The notes under the pieces were generated by a model. The model was not told the origin of the DNA and made no database searches. It saw only the letters and a list, made by a program, of their open reading frames with translations. Both the position numbers and the translations under genes were made by a program. Positions 51,634 through 59,329 of a DNA stretch of 64,000 bases are shown here, piece by piece. Each line of letters opens with the position of its first letter. Position 1 is the first letter of the stretch. Origin of the DNA: Chloroflexota bacterium (lineage in GTDB: Bacteria > Chloroflexota > Limnocylindria > Limnocylindrales > CSP1-4); contig JBFMEV010000001.1 of assembly GCA_040752335.1 (NCBI GenBank), forward strand, positions 31,245 through 95,244. The letters run 5' to 3'.

Positions 51634-52682
51634 GCGAGCTGGTCGGCCTCCTCCGGCGGCGGCGGGGCGTCCAGGACATCGGACCGCTCGACCGCTGGCG
51701 AGCCGAGTATACCCAGCGCGAGCTCGCGTTCCCGACCGCCGCCGAACGCCCGTCGGAGGAACCCGGTGACCCGCTCGTCCCAGGCCGCCGGCGCCGTCCG
51801 GCGACCCAGCGAGTGGTCCGCACCCGGGATGGTCCAGTGCTCGCCGCCCGGGCCCATCGCGGCGGCCAGGCGGCGGCCCTCGCGGATGGGCACGGTCGTG
51901 TCCGCCTCGCCGTGGATGAGGAGGCACGGAAGGTCCTCGAGGAGGCCAACGACCCGGATCGGCTCGGTGGCCCGTGGGTCCGCCCCCAGCCGGGCGGCGG
52001 CCGCCGCGAAGGCGCGCCGGGCGAGCCAGCGGCGGATGGGCCCGGGCCCGCGGATCCGGTTGGCCACGACCGTCGGCAGCTCCGCCGGGACGGCCTCGGC
52101 GACGATCCCCACGATCCGCGGCCGGGGCGGGGGCGAGGTCAGGCGCGGCGCATCGGGGTCGGCGTCGAGGCCGGCCAGCCCGCCATCGCCGAGGACGACT
52201 GCCGCGGCGATGGCCACGATTCCGCCCATCGAGGTGCCGGCCAGGACGACCCGCCGGATCCCCCGTTCGCCGAGCCAGGCGAGCGCGCCGCCGACGTCGT
52301 CGACCTCGTGAAGCCCGAACGTCGTCGGCGCCGGGTCGGACTCGCCATGGCCCCGAAAGTCGAGGCCGAGGACGCTCGCTGTCCGACGCAGGACCGGCCC
52401 GTACTCCACGAGGTCGGGCGCGACCGAGCCCGAATAGCCGTGGAGCAGGAGGATGGCCTCGCGCGGGTCAGGCCGCCACGCCGGGTCGCCGACCTCGGCC
52501 CCGACGTCGACGCCCCGGCCGGGCTCGGCGGCCAGCCAGCGCGCCGACAGGCGCACGCCGTCGCGGGACCGGACACGTGCCAGCTCGCCGCCAAGGCGAT
52601 CGAGGGCCGGCCCGAGCGCCGCCTCCTCCGGTCGGGTCCTCGGCGCGTCGAGCATCCGCCGGGCGATCCGCCCGGCGATCAC
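51630..52682 (-). CDS. alpha/beta-fold hydrolase
   Basis: The sequence contains ILLLHGYSGS, a nucleophile elbow LAGTSMGG, and LLIHGEADTTVP...ADH. Confidence 0.8.
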   Translation of the reverse strand: MIAGRIARRMLDAPRTRPEEAALGPALDRLGGELARVRSRDGVRLSARWLAAEPGRGVDVGAEVGDPAWRPDPREAILLLHGYSGSVAPDLVEYGPVLRRTASVLGLDFRGHGESDPAPTTFGLHEVDDVGGALAWLGERGIRRVVLAGTSMGGIVAIAAAVVLGDGGLAGLDADPDAPRLTSPPPRPRIVGIVAEAVPAELPTVVANRIRGPGPIRRWLARRAFAAAAARLGADPRATEPIRVVGLLEDLPCLLIHGEADTTVPIREGRRLAAAMGPGGEHWTIPGADHSLGRRTAPAAWDERVTGFLRRAFGGGRERELALGILGSPAVERSDVLDAPPPPEEADQLA

Positions 52683-52722
52683 ACCGCCGGCCCGGTGCTC
52701 ACCCGCTCAGATCGTCCGCCGA

Positions 52723-53646
52723 TCACCCGCCGGACGCTCCCGCCGGCCCGCCGCCCGAGGCCGCATCCCGGCCGCCCATGCCGCGCTCCAGGTAGCCGGT
52801 GAACGGCTCGACGAGGCGGGTGAACTCGGTCGGGATGATGAACTTCGTGGCCGGGCTGGCGCCGAGCGCCTTGAGGGCCTCGAGGTACTGGAGGGCCATC
52901 GTCTTCTGGTCGATGCCCTTGGCCGCCGAGAAGATCTGCTGGAGCGCTTCCGAGAAGCCCTGAGCCCGGAGGATCGCCGCCTGGCGGTCGCCCTCGGCCT
53001 TCAGGATCTCGGCCTGCTTGGTGCCCTCGGCCACGTTGATCGCCGCCTGGCGCGTGCCCTCCGACTCGGTGATGACGGCCCGCCGGGTCCGCTCGGCAGA
53101 GAGCTGCCGGTTCATCGCGTCCTGGACGTCGCGCGGCGGAACGATCTCGCGGATCTCGACGGTCGTGACCTTGCCACCCCAGCGCTCGGTGACCTCGTCG
53201 AGCTTGACCCGCAGGAGCTCGTTGATCTGGTCCCGCTTCGAGAGGACCTCGTCGAGGCCGATGTCGCCGATGACGGCCCGGAGGGTCGTCGTCGCGACGC
53301 CCTGGAGCATGCCAGAGAACTGCTGGGCGTTGAGGACGCTCTTGAGGGGATCGACGATCCGCCAGTAGATGAGGAAGTCGACGTCGATCGGGGCGTTGTC
53401 CTTGGTGATCGTCCGCTGGCTGGGGACCTCGGTGAAGGTCTCGCGGAGGTCGACCTTGCGGGGTTGGTCGACGATCGGGATCAGGAACCGCAGGCCCGGT
53501 CCGCGAACGAGCCCCTCGTTCGTCCGCCCGAGCCGCAGGACGACCATCTGCTCGTACTGGTTGACGATCCGCACCGACAGGTACAGGACCACGAGGAGGA
53601 CCACCAGCACGAAGGCGACGATGGCCACGAGGACCGGCGTTTCCAT
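52723..53646 (-). CDS. SPFH/band-7 (stomatin-like) protein
   Basis: The sequence has an N-terminal TM and RIVNQYEQMVVLRLGR..LRFLIPIVD..ITKDNAPIDVDFLIYWRIVDP..ERWGGKVTTVEIREI..AERTRRA..AEG. Confidence 0.95.
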   Translation of the reverse strand: METPVLVAIVAFVLVVLLVVLYLSVRIVNQYEQMVVLRLGRTNEGLVRGPGLRFLIPIVDQPRKVDLRETFTEVPSQRTITKDNAPIDVDFLIYWRIVDPLKSVLNAQQFSGMLQGVATTTLRAVIGDIGLDEVLSKRDQINELLRVKLDEVTERWGGKVTTVEIREIVPPRDVQDAMNRQLSAERTRRAVITESEGTRQAAINVAEGTKQAEILKAEGDRQAAILRAQGFSEALQQIFSAAKGIDQKTMALQYLEALKALGASPATKFIIPTEFTRLVEPFTGYLERGMGGRDAASGGGPAGASGG

Positions 53647-53692
53647 GGTTCCTACGACCTCCTGGTGACGTCGATCCGGCCGGCCGGCCGGA

Positions 53693-55060
53693 TCACGTCG
53701 CTTCCGATGATGACGCGTCGGGCTCGACGACGAGCGTCAGGCCATCGATGCCGACGACGCGCACCGGGACACCGCGCTCGAGCCGGACGCCCACCTCGGC
53801 CCTGGCGGTCCATTCCTCGCCGGCGACGTAGACCGAGCCGACTGGCTCGAGCGGCCGGCGGACGCTGCCGAGGCTGCCGATGACGAACGGGGCTCCCACC
53901 GTTCCGGGCGATGCCGCCACGCTCCGCGACCGGATCACCCCGAAGACGATCATGACCATGATCGCCCCGAACGTGATGCTGACGGTCAGGATTACCGGCA
54001 GGGCCACGCGGGCCAGGGGCTGGAACGGGTCCCCCGGCGTGCTGAATAGGGCCGAGGCGCCCAGGCCGAGGCAGACGACGCCCGCGAATCCCAGCAGGCC
54101 ATGGCTCGTGACGGTCAGCTCCAGCCCGAACAGGACGAGGCCGAAGACGATCAGGATCAGGCCGCCGACGTTGAGCGGCAGGGCGCCCAGGCCGATGAAC
54201 GCCAGGATGATGGCCAGGGCCCCGATGATCCCGGTCACGAAGTTCGGGCTCCAGACCTCGGCCAGCAGGCCGGCCGAGCCGATGCTCAGCAGCAGGAAGG
54301 CGATGTTCGGGTCGGACAGCAGCCGGATGAAGGCCAGGAACGGGTTCATCGGCCGCTCCGTCGCGGTCGCGCCGGCCAGGTCGAGGGTGAATTCCCGGCC
54401 GCCGACCTCGACGGTCCGGCCGTGGGCGAACGCCAGGACCTCCTCGATCGTGGCCGCCATGCCATCGACGGCGCCGACCTCGACGGCCTCGCTGACCGGG
54501 GACGAGCGGGCGTCCTCGACGGTGGACACCGCCCACTCCACGTTGCGGCCGCGAGCCTCGGCGATGGCCGTGATCTTGGCGATGGCGTCGTTCTTGACCT
54601 TGGCGGCCAGGACCGGATCGATCTCGCTGCCGTCGGCGCTCACCGGTGAGGCCGCCCCGATGCTCGTGCCTGGCGCCATGACCGCGATGTTGGCGGCCAG
54701 CGTGATGAAGGTCCCGGCGCTGGCGGCGAAGCCGCCGGCAGGTGCGACCCAGACGATGACCGGGACGTCCGCCTCGAGGATCGTCCCGACGATGTCGTTG
54801 GTCGCGGTCAGGAACCCGCCCGGGGTGTTGAGCTTGATGACCACGGCAGCGGCCCCGTCGCGCTCCGCCTGGTCGATCCCGCCGGCCAGGTAGCGGGCCA
54901 TGCCCTCGTCGACGATTCCGGTCGTCGGCAGGACCACGACCTCCGGCCCGGCGGCCTGCATCGAGCCCGCTACCGCGAGGAGACCGACGGCGGCCAGGAC
55001 GAGCGACAGTCCGAGGCGGTGACGACGAGGGCGGCGGGGTGCGCGGCGGCGAGCGGTCAA
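53693..55060 (-). CDS. NfeD-like membrane-bound ClpP-class serine protease
   Basis: The product has a signal anchor and the ClpP-fold motifs VVIKLNTPGG and FAASAGTFITLAA. These are followed by 4-5 TM helices and a C-terminal NfeD OB-domain (VRVVGIDGLTLVVEP). It starts at a TTG preceded by GGAGG. Confidence 0.9.
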   Translation of the reverse strand: MTARRRAPRRPRRHRLGLSLVLAAVGLLAVAGSMQAAGPEVVVLPTTGIVDEGMARYLAGGIDQAERDGAAAVVIKLNTPGGFLTATNDIVGTILEADVPVIVWVAPAGGFAASAGTFITLAANIAVMAPGTSIGAASPVSADGSEIDPVLAAKVKNDAIAKITAIAEARGRNVEWAVSTVEDARSSPVSEAVEVGAVDGMAATIEEVLAFAHGRTVEVGGREFTLDLAGATATERPMNPFLAFIRLLSDPNIAFLLLSIGSAGLLAEVWSPNFVTGIIGALAIILAFIGLGALPLNVGGLILIVFGLVLFGLELTVTSHGLLGFAGVVCLGLGASALFSTPGDPFQPLARVALPVILTVSITFGAIMVMIVFGVIRSRSVAASPGTVGAPFVIGSLGSVRRPLEPVGSVYVAGEEWTARAEVGVRLERGVPVRVVGIDGLTLVVEPDASSSEAT

Positions 55061-55097
55061 GGCGGGAGCCTCCGCCCGCAGTATCGCACCGGTGGCG

Positions 55098-55745
55098 TCA
55101 GGCGCCCCGGGCCAACCCGCCCGAATTCGTCGCGCCCCCCGGCACGAGTGCGGCCGCCGCCGGCTCGATGAACTCGAACACGAGGCGGCTCCACGATTCC
55201 ATCAGCTCGAGGACGGCGGCGACCTCGGCGGCGGACGCGAAGGCGCCCGCCAGCTTGTGGGTTTCGCGGATCGCGACCGGGCGGCCGGCCGCATCGGCGA
55301 GGTAGACCGCGCCGAGGTGGACTGAGCCGACGTCGCCGGTGTCGTCGTTGAGCAAGCCGACGGGCCGGAAGTCGGGCGTGAAGTCGGCCTCGATCTCCTC
55401 GCCCCACTCGCGCCGCAACCCGTGGGCCAGGTCGGTGTCACCGGGGTTGAGATGGCCGCCCACGCCGATCGTGTAGCGGTCGTGGAGGCGGGCGTCGCCG
55501 CCGGCGCGAGTCCGGCGCATCAGGAAGAGGCGAGCTCCGTCGCGCAGGACGAGGTACGGGATGATCTGCTTGGACGATCGGTCAAGCTCGGCGATCGAGC
55601 GCGGGACGTAGCGCCCCTCGCGGGCGACGAGGTCGGGGAAGGTCTCGAGACCCGCGGTCCGGACGCCTCGCCAGCCCGGGTCGCCCATCACCGCCGAGCG
55701 GGGGATCACGAGGACCTGCTCCTCGGCCCCGCCGGCCGGGCTCAC
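55098..55745 (-). CDS. NUDIX-family hydrolase-like protein
   Basis: It contains the Nudix-box-like GVGGHLNPGDTDLAHGLRREWGEEIEA. Its GTG overlaps the tyrA stop (GTGA). The long upstream part of ORF 55098..56852 is an out-of-frame read of tyrA. Confidence 0.7.
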   Translation of the reverse strand: MSPAGGAEEQVLVIPRSAVMGDPGWRGVRTAGLETFPDLVAREGRYVPRSIAELDRSSKQIIPYLVLRDGARLFLMRRTRAGGDARLHDRYTIGVGGHLNPGDTDLAHGLRREWGEEIEADFTPDFRPVGLLNDDTGDVGSVHLGAVYLADAAGRPVAIRETHKLAGAFASAAEVAAVLELMESWSRLVFEFIEPAAAALVPGGATNSGGLARGA

Positions 55746-56650
55746 GCGCCTCCCGACGGTGGCCGCTCGAGGCGATCGCGGACGGCCAGCAGGCGGGCTT
55801 CGAGGCGGGCCGCATCCGGCGAGCCGTCGGCCGAGAGGTCGGCGAGCCAGGAGTCGAGGACCTCGCGCAGGTCGCGAAGGCCGGCCGCGATCGCGGCTGA
55901 GTTCGTGGCCGCGATGCCGGCGCCCATCCGCGCATCGCCCCGCGCCAGGCGGGTCATGTCGCGCCAGCCCGACGCAGCCAGGGTCGCCGCGGCCGGCCAG
56001 CCGGGCCGCTCGATCCCGGCCCCGGCGACAGTCTCGGCCAGGGCCGCGGCGACGATGAGCGGCAGGTGGCTGATGGCGGCGGCCGCGGCGTCGTGGCTGG
56101 CCGCGTCCATCAGGATCGGGCGCGATCCGCAGGCCAGCGCAACCCAGGCCACCCGCTCGACTGCCGCGGCATCCGCCCCGGCGCCGCGCACGAGGACCCA
56201 TGGCCGGTCGGCGAACAGGTCGTCGATCGCGTTGGCGTAACCGGCCGCCTCGCGCCCCGCCATCGGATGGCCGCCGACGAAGCGAATCGCGGCGGCGTCG
56301 GCGGCGGCAAGGATCGCCGACTTGGTGCTCGCGACGTCCGTCACGACCGCGTCGGGCGCGAGCGCGCCCCGGAGGCGCCCGCCGAGCTGGCCCACCAGCG
56401 CGGCCGTCTCGAGCGGCGGCGCGCCGACAATCACCAGATCGGCGCCCGCCAGGGCCTCGGCCGGCGCGCTCGCGGCCGCGGCGAGGACGCCGTCCCGCAA
56501 CGCCGCCTGGGGGCCCGTGCCCGACGGGCTCCAGGCGACGAGGACCGGCCGGGAGGCGCCGGCCCGGCCGGCGGCGAGGGCCCGGGCGATCGAGCCGGCG
56601 ATCAGCCCGAACCCGAGGAACGCGATCCGGGTGGGTGGGCCGGTCGTCAC
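55742..56650 (-). CDS. tyrA: prephenate dehydrogenase
   Basis: The sequence shows a Rossmann fold (IAFLGFGLIAGSIARAL), DVASTK, FVGGHPMAG and SHDAAAAAISHLP. Confidence 0.85.
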   Translation of the reverse strand: MTTGPPTRIAFLGFGLIAGSIARALAAGRAGASRPVLVAWSPSGTGPQAALRDGVLAAAASAPAEALAGADLVIVGAPPLETAALVGQLGGRLRGALAPDAVVTDVASTKSAILAAADAAAIRFVGGHPMAGREAAGYANAIDDLFADRPWVLVRGAGADAAAVERVAWVALACGSRPILMDAASHDAAAAAISHLPLIVAAALAETVAGAGIERPGWPAAATLAASGWRDMTRLARGDARMGAGIAATNSAAIAAGLRDLREVLDSWLADLSADGSPDAARLEARLLAVRDRLERPPSGGA

Positions 56651-56925
56651 TCGATCCAGCCCGGGTCCTTGCCGGTCGGTCCGCTGTCGCCGCGGCGCCG
56701 CCGGATCTTGCGTCGCTCGTCGGTTCGCCGCTCGCTATCCTCGGGCGGGCCGGGATCGTCCTGGGGGTTGACCCGGCGGACGTTGAGGCGGCGCTCGCGG
56801 TCCCGCCGATCGTCCTGGAGCGACGCCCCGCAGCGAGGACAGCGCCGCTCATCGGGGAAGAGCTGCTCGATCGGGGCGGCGGTGAAGATCTCTCGTCCGC
56901 AGGCGCGGCAGACGATCCTAGGCAT
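56647..56925 (-). CDS. small zinc-ribbon protein with a highly charged tail
   Basis: The product is MPRIVCRACGREIF..RRCPRCGASL (CxxC..CxxC) followed by an Arg/Asp/Glu-rich tail. GC3 is high, and its stop overlaps the tyrA GTG. Confidence 0.6.
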   Translation of the reverse strand: MPRIVCRACGREIFTAAPIEQLFPDERRCPRCGASLQDDRRDRERRLNVRRVNPQDDPGPPEDSERRTDERRKIRRRRGDSGPTGKDPGWIE

Positions 56926-56963
56926 GGGTGCTCACGGTGTGCGGTGGGTTCGTCGGCCCGATC

Positions 56964-57605
56964 CTACGCGACCTCGCGCCTGCGCCGCCCGCGACACGGG
57001 TTGGCCCGGGTCCGGCCCCGGTCGTCGCCCCGGTAGCGCTCGTCACCCGCACCGCCCTGGCTGCCGTTGCCCTCGCCGCCCTTGCAGGGCCGCGTGGCGT
57101 CGCCCGTGCCCTTGGCATGCCCCGGGGGGTCTTCGACAGTGCCCGGACAGGGCGGCCTGGCCCGGGACGCCGGCGAGTCTGGCTCCGGCGCCGCCGTCGG
57201 CCGAGGGGTCGGTGGCGCCGCCGTGGGCCGAGGGGTCGGTGGCGCCGCAGTCGTGGGGCCCGGGGTCGTCGGAGCGGCGTTCGGGGGAGCGGCGCTCGCG
57301 ATCGCGATAGGGCCGGGGCCGACCGTCGGTTCGGGCTCGCCGGACGCCGCGGGATCCGGGGGCTCCGGCGTCTCGCCAGGACCGGGCGTGGCCCCTGTCC
57401 CGGGCGGTTGTGACCCCGTCGGCCCGCTGCTCGGGCCGGGCGAGCCGCCCGCGATCGGCGGTGCGCTGATCGTCGGGCTGGCCGTCGCCCGCGCGACCTG
57501 GTCCGGGGGCTCCAGGTTCCCGGCGAGACCGAGCGCGACCGTCGCGAGGATGATGTTGAGGCCTCCGAGGGCGAGGACCAGGCGGGTGCGCTGCGGTCCG
57601 GTCAC
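56964..57605 (-). CDS. membrane-anchored Pro/Thr/Ala-rich repeat protein
   Basis: A GGAGGAG lies 11 nt upstream of GTG 57605. The product has the TM LVLALGGLNIILATVALGLAG, then a low-complexity PGPSSGPTGSQPPGTGATPGPGETPEPP.. region containing PTPRPTAAP twice, and a Cys-containing Gly-rich C-terminus. Confidence 0.55.
   Translation of the reverse strand: MTGPQRTRLVLALGGLNIILATVALGLAGNLEPPDQVARATASPTISAPPIAGGSPGPSSGPTGSQPPGTGATPGPGETPEPPDPAASGEPEPTVGPGPIAIASAAPPNAAPTTPGPTTAAPPTPRPTAAPPTPRPTAAPEPDSPASRARPPCPGTVEDPPGHAKGTGDATRPCKGGEGNGSQGGAGDERYRGDDRGRTRANPCRGRRRREVA
57193..57246. repeat. 27-bp tandem direct repeat (2 copies, 1 mismatch)
   Basis: The units are gccgtcggccgaggggtcggtggcgcc (57193-57219) and gccgtgggccgaggggtcggtggcgcc (57220-57246). 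The repeat is in frame and encodes the duplicated PTPRPTAAP. Confidence 0.9.
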
Positions 57606-57694
57606 GCTCGATACGGCTCCTCCGGTCGGTCCCCGACGACGATCGAATGCCGGAATCCTAGCAGGGACCGGCGGCCGGCGGCGGACCGCCGCGG

Positions 57695-58339
57695 TCAGTC
57701 GAGCGGAGCCTCGCGGAGGACCTCGTACCGGGCGGGACCCGAGCCGAGGTGGCTCCGATACAGCACCACGGCGGTCGCGGTGAAGCCGGCGTCCAGCGTC
57801 GACGCCGCGGCCTCGAGTGCCATCGCCGCGGCCGAACCAGCGCGCGCACCGTCGGTCCGGGCGATCGTGAGATGCGGACGGAACGGCCGCGCCTCCACGC
57901 CCCAGCCGGCTGCGCGGAGCTCCGCGTCGAGGGCCTCGGCCAGGCGCCCGAGGGCATCCGCACCGCTCCGGATCCCGAGCCACAGGGCCCGCGGCCGGGC
58001 GGCCGCCGGGAAGGCCCCCGCCCCGGCCAGCCGGACCTCGAACGGGGCCTCGCCGGTGACCGCCCGCTCGAGCGCCGCCGCGACGTCAGGGACGCGGTCG
58101 GCGGGCGTGGGGCCGAGGAATCGGAGGGTCACGTGCAGCCCCTCCAGCTGGACCCAGCGGATCCTGCGGCCTTCGTCGCCGAGCTCCGCCCGGGCTTCGG
58201 CGAGGACGCGGCCCACCTGGGCGCCCACGTCGGGCGGAATCGGGACGGCCACGAACAGGCGGGGGACGTCGGGCCGCCCCGGGCCGCGGTCGAGGCCCTC
58301 CCGCCTGCCGCCGTCTCGACGATCGCCCCGACCGGGCAT
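57695..58339 (-). CDS. thpR: RNA 2',3'-cyclic phosphodiesterase (2H phosphoesterase, LigT/ThpR)
   Basis: The sequence contains RLFVAVPIP and two H-x-T/S-x motifs, HVTLRFLG and HLTIAR. Confidence 0.85.
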   Translation of the reverse strand: MPGRGDRRDGGRREGLDRGPGRPDVPRLFVAVPIPPDVGAQVGRVLAEARAELGDEGRRIRWVQLEGLHVTLRFLGPTPADRVPDVAAALERAVTGEAPFEVRLAGAGAFPAAARPRALWLGIRSGADALGRLAEALDAELRAAGWGVEARPFRPHLTIARTDGARAGSAAAMALEAAASTLDAGFTATAVVLYRSHLGSGPARYEVLREAPLD

Positions 58340-58343
58340 CGGC

Positions 58344-58862
58344 TCAGCCGACCTCGCCACGCTCCCGGAGCCAGGCATCGTGGTCCAACCGCAGGATCTC
58401 CCGGGCCCGATCGGCGTCGCGCCAGCCGAGGACCTCGACCGACTTGTCCTCCAGGAGCTTGTAGGTCTCGAAGAAGTGCTCGATCTCGATCAGCCGGTGG
58501 GGCCGCATCTGGTCGAGGCGCCCGATGTGGGCCTGGTTGGGGTCGCCCTCGGCGACGCACAGGATCTTGTAGTCGGCGCCCTTCTCGTCGCGCATCTCGA
58601 GGACGCCCACCGGCCGGGCCCAGACATGACAGCCGGTGAAGGTCGGCTCGTCGATGATCAGGAGGGCGTCGGTGTGGTCACCGTCGTCGGCCCGGGTGCC
58701 CTCGATGAAGCCGTAGTCGAAGTTATAGAAGACGGCCGAGGACAAGACCCGGTCCAGGCGGTAGACGTCGGCCGCCTCGTCGAACTCGTACTTGTTCCGA
58801 CTTCCGCGCGGGATCTCGACGACGACCTCGATGACCCCGGGGAACTCCGCGTCGCGCTGCAT
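58344..58862 (-). CDS. ppa: inorganic pyrophosphatase (family I)
   Basis: The sequence reads VVVEIPRGSRNKYEFD..YNFDYGFIEGT..DGDHTDALLI..KILCV. Confidence 0.97.
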   Translation of the reverse strand: MQRDAEFPGVIEVVVEIPRGSRNKYEFDEAADVYRLDRVLSSAVFYNFDYGFIEGTRADDGDHTDALLIIDEPTFTGCHVWARPVGVLEMRDEKGADYKILCVAEGDPNQAHIGRLDQMRPHRLIEIEHFFETYKLLEDKSVEVLGWRDADRAREILRLDHDAWLRERGEVG

Positions 58863-58868
58863 GGCGTG

Positions 58869-58874
58869 ACTCTA
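58869..58874 (-). promoter_or_regulatory. -10-like hexamer TAGAGT, 6 nt upstream of the ppa ATG
   Basis: The minus strand reads cacgcTAGAGTcacgccATG. Confidence 0.45.
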
Positions 58875-59329
58875 GCGTGCGTCCCGCGACGTGCACGTTG
58901 GCGGTGTGGGCGGCGGCGACGACGAGGAGTCGGCCGGCGGCGAGACCGTCGCTGTCGTCCCGGAACGACAACTCGACGTCGATCGCAGCGTTGCGGGCGC
59001 CGTGGCGGTCGACGTGTCGTTCTATGGCGCCACCACGACCGCGCGAGGCGACGACAGGCCGGCAAATCACCACGCCGAGCCGGAACCGTGGTCGAGTTGT
59101 CGTCCCATGACGACATCGCGCGCCCAGACCCGGCTGCGGCCCACGCGGCGCCGACATCGAGCCCCGCCGAAGGCGGAGGCGAGCACGGTCGCGAGCGGAC
59201 GCCCGAGCGCGGGCTACTCAGCCGCCGTCAGCGCAAGGCGGAGCCGAGGACCGGAGCGAGCGCACGCCGACGTGCGTGAGCGAGGACCGCAGGCGACAAC
59301 GCGGCGATGGCGCCGGATCAGCCCGCGCG

